62,000 nt of DNA from Hyalangium minutum (GTDB lineage: Bacteria; Myxococcota; Myxococcia; Myxococcales; Myxococcaceae): the NCBI RefSeq assembly GCF_000737315.1, contig NZ_JMCB01000003.1:206001-268000 (forward strand), read 5' to 3'. Below the pieces are notes generated by a model, which saw only the letters and a list, made by a program, of their open reading frames with translations, had not been told where the DNA came from and made no database searches. The position numbers and the translations under genes are program-made. Below, in pieces: positions 8,876-21,700 of this stretch. Numbering within the stretch: the first letter of the stretch is position 1; the number at the start of each line of letters is the position of its first letter.

Positions 8876-9787
8876 GTGGCTACGGGAGGTTGTGTGCGGC
8901 GCTGTCTCGGGTGCCTGATCGTCATCGTGGCGGCCTGTACCTCCGAGGCTCCCAGCACGGCTGGGGCCGACGCGGGCCGTCCCGTGGGCACCGTCGTGGG
9001 CCGCTTCGCAGGAGCCGAGGTCCTCACGGCCGAGGAGGTCTCGCGCGAGGCGGCGCGGCTGCCCCCCGCGCTCCGGGAGCAGTTCGAGACTCCCGCCGGC
9101 CGCCGTGAGTTCGCCCGCTCGCTGATCGACAAGCGCCTCCTGGTGCGCGAGGCCCAGCGCCGGAAGCTGACCGAGGATCCCGAGCTCCGCCGTCAGGTGC
9201 GCGAGTTGGAGGAGCGGCTGGCGGTGCAGGCGCTGCTGGCCCAGGAAGAGGCCGCCGCCGGGAAGCCCTCGGAGCAGGAGCTCCGAGCCTGGTTCGACTC
9301 GCACCGCGCGGAGCTGGCCCGGCCGGAGCAGGTGAGGGTGGGCCGTATCCTCGTGAACGTGGGCGCGAAGGCCTCCGAAGCGGAGCGCACCCGGGCCCGG
9401 CAAAAGGTGGAGGCGGCGGCAGCGCGGCTGCGGCGCGGCGAGTCCCTGGCGAAGGTGGCCCCGGAGGGTGAAGGCCCCGAGCGGATGAAGGGCGGAGAGC
9501 TCGGGCTGGTGGTCCGTGGAGGCGGGCTCGAGCCTTCCCTGGAGCAGGCCGCTTTCGCCCTGGAGCGCCCAGGCGCTGTGTCCGCGGTGGTGGCCCTGCG
9601 CGAGGGCTTCGCGGTGCTCACGCTCCTGGAGCGTAAGCCGCCGCGCGTGCCCACCTTCGAGGAGGTCCGCGCCGAGGTGGAAGGCCGCTTCGCTCCCGCG
9701 CACAAGCGGCAGATGTTCGATGCGCTTCTGGAGCGGCTGCGCCAGGAGGCCGGTGTCGAGCTCGTGGAATCCCGGGAGGCCCCATGA
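8876..9787 (+). CDS. PpiC/parvulin-type foldase lipoprotein 2 (degenerate active site)
   Basis: Lipobox VAAC. Motifs VRVGRILV, KGGELGLV and LREGFAVL. Stop overlaps the giant gene start (ATGA, 9784-9787). Start may be GTG 8876 or GTG 8894. Confidence 0.8.
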   Translation: MATGGCVRRCLGCLIVIVAACTSEAPSTAGADAGRPVGTVVGRFAGAEVLTAEEVSREAARLPPALREQFETPAGRREFARSLIDKRLLVREAQRRKLTEDPELRRQVRELEERLAVQALLAQEEAAAGKPSEQELRAWFDSHRAELARPEQVRVGRILVNVGAKASEAERTRARQKVEAAAARLRRGESLAKVAPEGEGPERMKGGELGLVVRGGGLEPSLEQAAFALERPGAVSAVVALREGFAVLTLLERKPPRVPTFEEVRAEVEGRFAPAHKRQMFDALLERLRQEAGVELVESREAP

Positions 9788-12700
9788 GCTTACCGGGTGG
9801 ACGCATGCTGCGTGCCGCCGCGCTGCTCGCGCTGGTGCTGCCGCTCACGGCGTGGTCCGCCACGGTGACCGCGGCCTTTCCCCTCGTTCCCCTGAGGCCG
9901 GGCGCTACGACCGCGGAGGTGGGGGTCGAAGTCCAGGGGCCCGCGGAGCAGGTGCTGATCTCGGTCACGGGCCAGTCCGCGTCCCGGGGATCCTTCGCCT
10001 CGCTGGCCAACGTGGTGGTGGATCGGGATCAGGCCGGGGCCGTGTCCTTCCATACGCTCGTGACGTTCTCCCAGCCGTTCCCGGAGGATGGCGTGCTGGA
10101 GGTGGTCGCCCGGCCTGTGGGAGACGGAGAGGACACCTCTCTCACCACGCGCTTCGATGCCGCGGCCCCGCCGCCTCGCTTTGGCCCAACGCCCCTCCGT
10201 GTGCGGGCCGATCTCGACAACCAGACGATCATCCTGGAGCTGGCCTACGCGGGGAACGCGGTGGCTGCCGAGGCCTCCGTGGTGGGCGCCTCCGCCGAGG
10301 AGCTTCGCCGCGTCCAGGGCAGCCTCGAGGACGTCGAGCCCGTCTCCTTTGTCCAGGCCCGCCGCCTCCTGGCCCGGCCCTCCACCGCTACGCCGGGCCG
10401 CATCGTCTTTGCTGTTCCCCTGGGCACCGCGCCGATCCCTCATGACGGCGTGGTGATCGCGGATGTGGCGCTGAGGGATGCCTTCGGCCGCACGGTGCAC
10501 ACCTCGGCCGTCGAGTTCACCCAGGCCACCGCGTTCGATCCCGTGGTGGGTGTGTCCGTGGAGCCCTCGCCGCTGCTGCTCTCCGAGGGCTTCGGCCAGC
10601 GCGTGCCCCTGCAGGTAGCGGGCAGCTTCGCCATCGCGGGTGAGGTGGATCTGTCCGGTGCGCACCGGGGCGTGCAGTACCGCTCGCTGGACGAGGGCGT
10701 GGCCTCCGTCACCGAGGATGGTCAGGTGGTCGCTCGCGCCAATGGCGAGACGGACATCGAGATCTCCTACGCGGGCTACACCGCCACCGCGCATGTGGTG
10801 GTGGACTCCTCGGCGGTGGTGGAGCGGCTGGAGGTGATGCCGGAGGCTCCCGTCATTCCGCGCGTGGGAGGCTCGATCCGGCTGGGCCTGGAGGGCGTGC
10901 TGAGCGACGGGCGCCGGGTGGATCTGTCCTCCCGCACGCTGGGCACCACCTGGAGCAGCCTGGATCCCAGCGTGCTCACCGTCCACTCGGATGGGCGCGC
11001 GGTGGGCCTGCGCCCGGGCACCGCACGCGTGGAGGCCCGCAACGCCGGCTACTCCGCCCTGCGCGTCGTGGAGGTGCAGGATGGGCCTCCCGAGATCAGC
11101 CTCTCCGCGCCATCTCAGGTGGTGGAGGGTGCCGACTTCGAGCTCAAGGCTCGCGCCCAGGACGATGTCGCGCTGGCCTTCGTGGAGTTCCTTGTCAACG
11201 GGGTGGTCACCACGCGGCTGACGGCCCCTCCCTTCACGATCAAGCTGCGCGCCCCTCCCGTCGCGGGCGGAGAGATGGTGATCGGGGCGGTGGCGGTGGA
11301 CTCGCATGGCTCGCGGACCCGGGCCACGGACGTCACCTTGAAGGTGCAGCCCGGGCAGGGCGCCAGCTCGAAGACGATCGTCTATGAGACGCCCCTGCCG
11401 GGTGCGCTGCTGCTGGAGGGACTGCCCCACACGGTGAGCCTCACCAGTGGGGACGCGCGCAGTGGCACGCTCTCTCCACAGGACTTCCAGCTCGTCCGCT
11501 ACTACGCGGATGGGGCGCTCCTCGGCACGGTTCGCACGCCGCGCGTCGAGATGCGCAACCTGGAGGAGGATCCCACCGAGCCGCCTGAGTACGTCGCCGT
11601 GCCGCTGTGGGAGCTGAGCTATGTGCCGCGCGCGGGCACCGCCGGCACGGTCGTGGCGCTGTACGCCGAGGCTGTGGATGCCCGGGGTGCCACGGCTCGC
11701 GGGGCCACCATCCTGGTTCGGATCGCGCGGGATGGGCCGCCGCTCGTCACCCTCCGGAGTCCCTCGGGGCCTCGGGTGCAAGCCACTGCGGGCCGCCCCG
11801 TGCAGCTCACGGGCCTTGTCGAGGACGACACCGTGACGCTCGGGGTGGAGCTCTCCCTGTTGGTGGATGGTGCCCAGGTGAGCAGCACGCGGCTGGTAGG
11901 CGAGGGGCTCGGGGGCACCCGCGCGGGCTCCGCGCCCTTCTCGATCTCCTGGACGCCTCCCGTCTCCAGCATCGGCCGGCTCGTGCGGCTGCAGTTCATG
12001 GCCCGGGATGTGGGGGACCACGAGAGCCGCGCCTCACTGGAGGCCTCTGTCGTCGCGGATGCGCCTCCTCAGATCTCCCTCCAGACGCCACCGCCCGGCA
12101 GCCAGGTGCTCGCGGGCACGACGCAGTTCCTCACGGCCTCGGTGGTGGATGACAGCGCGGGGCCTGTCGAGGTGACCTGGCGCGTGAACGGCGTTCCCGT
12201 GGGGGCGTCGCGCTCGCCTCCGTACCGCACCTCCTGGTCCGTCCCCACGTCGGCCGCCGGGAGCACGCTCCAGCTTCAGGCCACCGCGCGGGACTCCACG
12301 GGCAACGAGGCCCAGGCCAGCGGAGAGCTCTTCGTCGTCAGCGACACCACGCGCCCCAGCATCTCCCTCGTGGTGCCGCGCCCGCTGGCGGAGGTGCCGG
12401 AGACACAGGATCTGGTGGTGTCCGTGGCGGGACAGGACGATGCCACCGTCAAGAAGGTGGAGGTGCTGCTGGAAGGGGAGGTGCTGGCCACCGACGATGA
12501 CCCCGGGCCCAACGGAACCCAGCTGGGCTCCTTCCTCACGCACACCCTGGTGCGCTCCGCCCAGCTCATGGGCCGCCAGCAGATCCGGCTGGGAGCGCGC
12601 GCGTATGACGCCTCGGGGAACGTGGGCTCGGCGCCCGAGGTGCTCGTCAAGGTGCTGCCCGATGCGCCGCCCACCGTGCGCTTCGTGCTCCCCGCGGCCA

Positions 12701-15700
12701 ACACGCGGGCCACCATCGGCACGCCGCTGGAGTTGATCGCCGAGGCCGATGACGATGTGGCCGTCTCTTCCGTGGAGTTCTTCGCGGACGGGAACTCTTC
12801 GTGCCGCGCCACGCTCCCGCCCTACCGGTGCACGATCACCGTGACGGGACCCGCCCGGACGCTCCACCTGCGGGCCGTGGCCTCGGATGCTGGAGGGCGC
12901 AGCAGCTCCGCGGAGGTGGCCGTCCAGGTCAGCGAGGATCGTGAGCCGCCGCTGGTGGCCTTCCGCTCTCCGTCCGAGGGCAGCTTCACCTTCGCCGGGC
13001 GGAACCTGTCCGTGGAGGTGGCGGCCAGTGACGACGTGGGCGTGCGCGATGTCCGGTTGGAACTGGACGGGCAGACGGTGGGCACCCAGAGCGGCGGCGT
13101 GGTGGATGGGCTCTACCGCCTCTTCCGCTGGCAGGTGCCCATTCCCGCGGGGGCGGCCGGTCACACGCTGGCATTCAAGGCGGTGGCCACGGACACCTCG
13201 GGCCTCACGCGCGAGCGCTTGCTGGAGGTTCGCGCCCGCAGGGATGAGGCGCCCGCTGTCTCGCTCACCTCTCCGGCCCCCAACAGCTTCTATAAGGAGG
13301 GAGAGGACGTCCGGCTCGTGGTGACGGTGGCGGATGACGAGGGCGTCATCGGGCTCGTGGGCCTGTCCGGTGGCCGCAGGCAGGGGACGTTGGCCCAGTC
13401 CGGGCCGCTGCTGGATGTCTCCCGGCCTCAGGCGCTTACCGTCCGCGCGCCCTCCATCTTCCGGGGTGAGCCTCCCACCGTGGGCGCCGAGGCGCGCGAC
13501 ACGGCCGGTCAGTCCGGTGTGGCCACGGTGATGCTGAACGTGGCGAGGGACCTCGAGCCGCCCTCGGCGCTGATGATCTCACCGCTGCCTCCCGCCACCG
13601 GCCACCTCCGGGTGAACGAAGGCGGCGCCTTCTCGCTGCGCGTGGAGGTGGAGGACGACGTGCGCGTGGTGCGCGTCGCGGCGGTGGTGGATGGGCAAGA
13701 GCTGCCCGTCGTGAATGGACGTGAGCCGCTGGGTCCTCAGAACGAGCGCTTCGAGGAGGTGCGTGTCCAGGATCCGGTGATGCCGGGGCAGATCATCGTC
13801 AGCCGCCGCTACCTGGGCACCTTCGCGGGGACGGCGAGCCTGGCGCAGTACTCGGTGGGGCTCCACACGCTGGCGGCCCGGGCCTATGACGCGGGCGGGA
13901 ATGCCACCACCACCCCGGCACTGTCCTTCGAGATCCTCGAGGTGCAGGATCTGGCACCGCCTCGGGTGACCCTGACGCTGGAGGGAGGCCCGGATGAGCG
14001 CACGTGCGTGGCCGGAGCGCCCATGAAGCTGCGGGTCTCCGCCACGGATGACGTGTCGATCCGGGAGGCTTCGGTCACCTTCGAGGGCCAGCCCGTGACG
14101 ATCCGAAACCCTCCGGAGCGCTCGCCTCGGAACTGGCAGGAGGAGATCCCCTTTCAGTTCCCGCCGCTCGGGACGGGCGGCCGCCGGACCGTCACCTTCC
14201 TGGCCCGCGTCACGGATGGAGCCCAGCACACTGGCGTGGTGAGTCGCACTTGCGAGCTGACGCCAGATGGGCCTCCGCAGATCCTGGTGGTGAGCCCCAC
14301 GGCGCGCGCGGCTCTCACGGAGGAAGGCACCGAGCCCGTCCAGGTGGACGTGAGCGATGACGTGGGCGTCCGGCGAGGGCTGAGGGTGCTGTCCACCTCG
14401 GCGGTGGCCGTGCCGGGCATCGGCAGCTTCGAGGTGACGGCGACCGCGGCGCATGAGGGACTGGGCGTCCCGAGCGCCACGCTGATCCCGGGCGATGGGC
14501 CTGGCTTCTCCGTCGAGGCCCTGGAGGGGCGGCTGCTGATCTCTCCGCCAGGGGAGGGGCAGGGGACGGGCACTACCGCACCGGGCCGTCTGCGGCTGAA
14601 CGTGGAGCCTTCTCCCGCGGGGCACGGTGCCTTGGCCCAGGTGCGCTTCCGCTACGTCGTGAAGCCAGGGCACGAGGGCAGCACTGCGCTCCAGTCGTTC
14701 CGCTCCGCATTCCCCGACGGCGTGGGCAGCGTCACGCTCTCCGCGCCTGCCTTCTCCGCGGATCTGTCGTTCCCCTCCCAAGACATCGAGATGGAGGAGG
14801 TGGACATCCAGTTGTCCAAGGCGTCCGCGAACGCCGAGGAACTGGCGGTGACCCGGCTGGGCCTGCGCGGGTGGGGCACGCCGCAGCTCCAGCTCCGTGC
14901 TGAGGCTGCCGGCGAGCGCGTGGCGGTGCAGCGGTGGAACACGGGGGTGGCGCCCTCCCGGCCCGGACAGGTGAAGCGGATCGACGAAGCGGTGTGGCTG
15001 CCTCGGGGGCAGGCGCCGCGGGACTCCCAGCTAACCGTGCTGGCCGAGGATGTGGCCGGGCTCGTGGGCCGCGTGGCGATCCCGATCGTCGCGCGCACGG
15101 ACACGGACCCGCCCACGGCCTCCATCGTCTCCCCCGGCAACGGCGCGTCGGTGGTGGAGGACACTGTCTTCGAGGTCCAGGTGAGCGCCCAGGACAACGC
15201 GCGTCTGGATCAGCTGGAGCTGTGGGTGGATGGGCAGTCGCGCCAGGTGATGCGCGTGGGACCCGGGCCGTCCGGATCGCCTCAGGCGCACCGGTTCTCA
15301 CTCTCCCTGCCGCTGCCGGCCTCGGGGTACCCGGCCGCGCTGTCGGTGGTGGCGCGGGATGGGGCGGGCAATGCCACGGCGTCGGACACAGCCTATGTGC
15401 GTGTCATCCCCGATGTGGCGCCGTCGGTGACGTTCCAGTCGTTGACCTCCGCGGTGGAGTCGTTCACCCGCACCGAGCTGGACAGCGGCTACGTCGTGAT
15501 GCTGCAGGGCGTCCCCGCCACGCTGGGGATGCTGCTGGAGGATGACGCGGGCCTGGCCTCCATGCGCGTCCAGTTCGGCGATCAAGTGGTGAAGGAGGAG
15601 TCCTTCACGGGCGCGCCGCTGACGGCCGGGCGGCAGGTGACGTTCACTCCGCCCGTGGGCCGGGACGGCGCCCCCGTGGTGCTGCTCGTGTCGCTCACGG

Positions 15701-18700
15701 ACTCTGCGGGCCATACGCGGCAGACCCGGCTGCTCATCGAGTCCCGGAGGCCCCGGCCTCCCGCGCTGGCGCTGGCCGCGCCTACCCCTGGCGCTACCAT
15801 CGCCGAGGGCAGCATTCAGCTCCTCTTCGACGCCGTGGCCGTGGACGACACCGGGGTCGACCATGTGCAGCTGTTCATCAACGGCCAGCCCGCGCTGATC
15901 CTCACCCGGGGAGAGCCCATTGCGTGGAACCTGGATCCGCAGAGCGGGGCGGTGGTCGTCGCCGATCCCGCGCTCCGGCAGGCCGTGGCCTCCCTGCCCC
16001 CCGAGGACCAGGATCTGCAGCGCCTCCGGCACTACCGGGGTCAGGTGAAGCTGCCGCCCGGGTTCGTGGCGCTGGTGCCCGGGCGCACGGACGCGGCGCT
16101 CCAACTGCGCACCATCGCCGCAGATAAGGAGGGGCACGAGACGGTGCTCGATCAGCCGCTCCGCATCGAGGCGGACGTGGCGACCCCGCTCGTGGAGGTG
16201 CTGCGGCCCGTGCTGGGGCGCAACGTGGTGGAGGGCACCTCCGTGCTCGTGGAGGTGTCCGCCCGCGACAACGTGCTGGTGGATCGGGTGGAGATCCTCG
16301 CGGGGCCTAGCGCCTCCGAGCTGCGCGTGGTGCACACCGCAGGCGGCTTCCCGCCCACGAACGCCGTGCCGGGCTCACCCTTTGATGTGTACGCGCCCCT
16401 GGTGCAGTACGCGTTCACGGTGCCCACGCTGGCGCAGCTCGGCTCCACGGTGCCGGTGCCGTACTTCGTCGCCGCGCGCGCCCGGGACATCAGTGGCAAC
16501 TGGACGGCCCCCGCCGACTTCGTCATCCAGCCCATCGAGATCATCCAGGACCAGCCGCCTGGGGTCTCCATCCTCTCGCCCGCGGATGGCACTCCGGCAG
16601 TCGCCAACAGCACGATCACCGTGTCGGTGATGGCCGAGGATGACGTGGCCGTGGGCAACGTGCGCCTGGAGGTGGATGGCACGCCGCTGCCCGTCACGCT
16701 GCACGCGCCGCCTTTCTCCTTCCATGTGCCGGTCCCGGATCGCGCGGGCGAGCTCCGGCTGCGCGCGGTGGCGGTGGACTCGGGAGGCCATCAGGTGGGC
16801 AGCCAGGTGGTGATCCTGCCGCTGCGCGACGATCTGGCGCCCACTGTCGCCGTGGCGCAGCCTCGTCCGGAGGCTCGGCTCACGGAGGGCCGGGACTTCG
16901 CGCTGGTGGTGGCGGCGCAGGACGACGTGGCCATCCGCAGCGTGGAGGTGCTGGTGGAGGGCGGGCTCGCGGGCCCACTGCGCCTGGTGGCCTCCAACCT
17001 GCCGTACTCCTTCCGCGTTCCGTTGCCTCCGGGCTCGGCGGGGAGGACGCTGCGCATCGTCGCTCGGGCCCGGGACTCGGCCGGACACGAGTCCGTGGCC
17101 CCCGAGGTGACGGCCCTGGCGGTGGCGGACACCTCGCGCCCCACGGTGGCGTGGTTGCGCCCTGCCGCGGGCTCGCAGGCCCTGGAGGGCTCGGTGGTGG
17201 AGCTGGAGGTGGACGCGCGAGACGACGTCGCCGTCAACAGCCTGGAGCTGCGCCTCAATGATCAGCCGCTGGCCATCATGCCCACGCCGCCGTTCCGGAT
17301 GACGTACCACGTCCCGGCGCAGGGGGGAGGGCAGGCGCTGGTGTTCTCCGCCATCGCTCGGGATCCCTCTGGCAACCAGACCGTGGAGACGCGCCGCCTG
17401 GAGATCGCGGAGGACGAGCCTCCGTCCGTCTCGGTGATTGCGCCGACGCGGCTCGTGGTGGGCAACCCCGCGCTGCTGCGCGCCCAGGCCAGCGATGACG
17501 TGGCCGTCACCGAGATTGGCTTCCATGTGGGATCGGATCCGGCGGCCTTGAGCGAGGTGGCCCGGCGCTACCAGTTGCCTTACGAGTTCCGCTACGCGGC
17601 CACCGAGGCCGATGTGGGCAAGGTGCTGACGATCCGGGGCCGAGCCATGGATCTGGCGGGCCATGAAGCGTGGTCCGTCCCCGTGCAGGCGCTGGTGGTG
17701 CCGGACACACCTCCCACCGTGGCGGTTCGGAAGCCCCTGGCGGGCGAGGCGATCTTCGAGGGCCAGCGCCTGCGTCTGGAGGTGGAGGCCACGGACGTGG
17801 AAGGCCCCATCAAGCAGGTGGCCTTCTTCGTGGACGGGCGCAAGGTGCACGTGGCCACCACGCCTGCGGGCATCCCCGGTTCGCCCAACCTCTTTGCCAC
17901 GAGCTACAGCCCACCGGTGGGCAGCGGCAACCGGCTGCTGCGGATCACGGCGGTGGCGGTGGACTCGGCCAACCAGGAGACGGAGTCCGCGCCGGTCGTC
18001 GTGGGCACGGTGCGCGACACGGTGCCGCCGGAGACCCAGCTCGTCGATCCCATGGTGTGGGAGCTCGTCACCGAGGCCGAGCCTGTGGAGTGGACGGCCG
18101 CGGCCCTGGACGAGTCCGCCGTGGTGGGGGTGCGCTTCCTGGTGGATGGGCAGCAGGTGGGGCCACCGTCGACCGTGCCGAGGCCGGGGCCCTCCAACCG
18201 GCCGCTGTATTACGGCACATGGCTGCCTCCCTCGGGTGCCGCGGGACAGACGCGCACGCTCACCGCAGAGGCCACGGATCCGTCCCAGAACGTGGGCCGT
18301 GCCGAGCCTGTCACCGTCGAGCTGGGCATGCGCCCCGAGCCCGCGGTGGAGCTGGTGGTGGAGCCCTACGCGCGGCGGCAGGCCGGGATGGCGGCGGATG
18401 GCGAGGGCCTCGTCATTCATGGGGCTCTGCTGAAGGACGTGCCCCTGCCCCCGCCCAACGACACGGTGAAGCGGGATGAGGGCCGACTGGCACTGGCCCG
18501 GCTGGACCTGAACGGGCTGGCGCCGCTGGGGACTGTGAAGGTGACGGGCTCTCCGGTGAGCCAGACGTTGCTGGGACGGCTGGCGCTCGTGGCGATGGGC
18601 CCCGTCTTCGATCCTGTGGGCAAGAAGACGATCCCCGCGCAGCTGCAGGTGGTGGATCTGTCCAACACCGCCGTGCCCCGGCTGAGGGGAGTGGTGGATC

Positions 18701-21700
18701 TGCCCAGCGACGACGTGCACCAGGTGGTGGCGAGGGACCGGTTGGCCTTCGTGGCCAACGGAACTTCGGGCGTGGCGGTGCTGGAGCTGGGCAATCCGGA
18801 CGCGCCTCAGCGGGCTTTCACCCGTCCCACGGTGGGTCCGGCGCGGGGCGTGGCGGTGACGGACCAGTGGCTGTTGGTGGCCGCAGGCTCCGGAGGCCTG
18901 CGCGTGCTGGACGTGCGCGATCCGTATCTGCGCGAGCTGGGCTTCGTCGCGCTGCCCGGTGAGGCGAACCGGGTAGAAGTCGTGGGCTCGCGCGCATACG
19001 TGGGGTGCTCGAACGCCCAGGCGCCTCTGGCGGTGGTGGATCTCTCCCGTCCCGCGCAGCCCCGGCTGATGTCGCTGCTCTCGCACGCGCCGCGCCGCCC
19101 GGACCTGCTGGCCAGCGAGGTGACGGACGTCGCCGTCTCCGGAGGCGTGGCGCTGGTGACCACCGCGATCACCGATCAGGACGCGGAGCCCGTGAAGGGG
19201 ATCCTCTCCGCCTCGACGGTGAAGGCGGATGGGGCCGCCTCCACTTTCGTCCGGGCGAACCTGCCGGGCGCTCGGGATGTGCTCTTCAGCCAGGGGCGGC
19301 CGGTGGCGCTGCTCGGGGACTCGGCGATGGGGGCCTTCACGCTCCCTCGGCTGGCGGTGACGGACGTGTCCCCTGTGGATGGCACGGGGCAGGTGCCTCC
19401 CACGGCTCAGGTGACGGTGACGTTCTCCCGGCTGTTGCAGGGGGCCTCGGTGACGGAGCAGACAGTGTTGCTCCGAGCCCAGGACGCCGTGCTCGGGCCG
19501 GTGGTGCCCGCCACGGTGACGGTGAATGAGACGCGCATCCTCGTGGCACCTCGGGCGCCGCTGCCCACGAACACGGAGATCTTCCTCACGGTGCTCCCCA
19601 CCGTCACGGGCGAGGGCGGGGTGACGCTGGGCGAGCGCTTCGTCTCGCGCTTCCGCACGAGCCCAGTGGACGGCCTGCCTCCCCAGGTCGCGGATGTGCA
19701 GCCGCCCGCGGGCCCAGTGGACGGCGGTACACGCGTGAGGGTGTGGGGCCTCCACTTCGCTCCTGGCGCCCGAGTGCTCTTCTCCGGCCAGGAGGCCACG
19801 CAGGTGCAGGTGGCCGCGGATGGCCGCAGCCTCGATGCCGTCACGCCTCCCAACCTGGAGGGGGCCGTCGTGGTGACGGTGGTGAACCCCAACGGGCTGG
19901 AGGGCTCGCTGCTCGGCGGCTTCCTCTACCTCCAGATCCTCGACGTGAGCATGGTGGTGCCGGCCACCGGCAGCCTCGCGGGTGGCAATCTCGTGGAGCT
20001 GTCCGGCTCGGGCTTCCAGCGCGGCGCCACCGTGCGCTTCGACGGGGTGCCCGCCACGGACGTGCGCGTGCTCTCGCCGGGCCGCATCTCCCTGCGCACA
20101 CCTCCCGGACACTTCGGCACGGTGGATGTGCGGGTGGACAACCCGGATGGCCGGTACGTGGTGAAGCCGGATGCCTTCCTCTACTCGAACCTCGTCGTCT
20201 CCCGGGTGCTGGGGCGCCACATCCCGGATCCTCAATATGACGGCCCCATCCGCCCGGCGGAGAAGCTGCCACAAGGCGTCCCGCGCGCCGTGGTGATGCA
20301 GGGCGGCCTGGCCTGGTTGCTGAGCGACGGCACGGCCGCCCTCCAAGCCCACTCCCCCGAGGAGCTGCTCCAGGACAGCATCCAGGCGGCGGTGACGCTG
20401 GTGGACGTGAGCGATCCGGACAACGCCGCCGTGCGGAGCGGTGTGTCCATCGCGCCGCCCTACCAGCCGCGCGCGCTCGCGGTACGGGGCACGACGGCCT
20501 ACGTCGCGGCGGATGCCGCGGAACTGCCCTACGTGGATGTGGTGGGGGAGGGTGGGCCCTCGCTGCTGGTGGTGGATGCGTCGGTGCTGCAGGCCCCGAG
20601 GATGGTGACCGCGGTGCCCTTCGAGGGGACCGCTCGCGCGGTGGCGGTGGCGGATGATCTGGCGCTGGTGGCCGCGGGCGCGGGCGGACTGGCTGTCTTC
20701 TCGGTGGCCGATCCGCTGCGGCCGGTGCTCACGGGCTCGATCCAGAGCATGCGGGTGAGGGGCGAGGTTCGCGCGGTGAACGTGGTGGACGTGGCGGCCT
20801 CGGGCCGCTACGCGCTGGTGAGGGCAGGCACGAACGCCGGCACGTTCACGCTGGTGCTGGATCTGGCCACTCCGGGGATCGAGGTGGTGGGCGAGGCGTC
20901 CGATCTCGGGCCGATGGCGCTCCAGGGCCGCCGGGGACTCACGCTCGGCAACGGGCAGATCCGGACGCTCTCGTTCTCGCCGCCCACGTGGCCTCGGAAC
21001 CTCGTGGGCATGTCGTCGCTCGTGGGGGGTACTCCCGTCACCGTGGCGGTAGGCCCCCACGTGGGCGCCGCGGGGACAGAGGTGTCTCGGCCCGGGAACT
21101 CTGGCTCGGGCAAGCTGGAGGTCTCCCTGAGCGCGGACCCCTCGCGTCCGCGAGCGGTCGATGCCGTGGATCTCTACCCCGCGGCCCGCTTTGGAGGGGT
21201 CGCCGTGGAGCGGGATGTCGCGGTGATCTCCATCTCCGCCTTGCTGACCAAGAAGGGCGAGGTCGTGGCGGATCCCACGCTGGCCCTGGGCTCGGATGGT
21301 TTGGCGGTGGTGCGGATGCCCTTCCTCATGGGGATGCGCAGCCAGCCCGCGGATGGGGACACCGAGGTGCCGCCCTCCACGCCGCTGCGGCTCGAGTTCA
21401 ACCGCGAGGTGGCCGGAGCCTCGCCGCAGACGGTGCGCCTCATTCGCCAGGATGGCTCGGTCAACGGCGTGGTGGAGCCCGCGGAGATCCAGACCTTGGG
21501 GCGCACGGTGCTGCTGCTGCCCGCCCAGCCGCTCGCGCCCTCGACGACCTACCGAGTGGTGGCCGATCAGCTGACGGATGCGCTCACGCGGGCGGAGATG
21601 GCCGGGCCCTTCTACCTGGAGTTCTCCACCGCCAGCAGCAGCGCGGCCATGCCCGTGTCCATCTCAGGGCTCACGCCGCGCGAGGGCCCCGCGGCCGGGG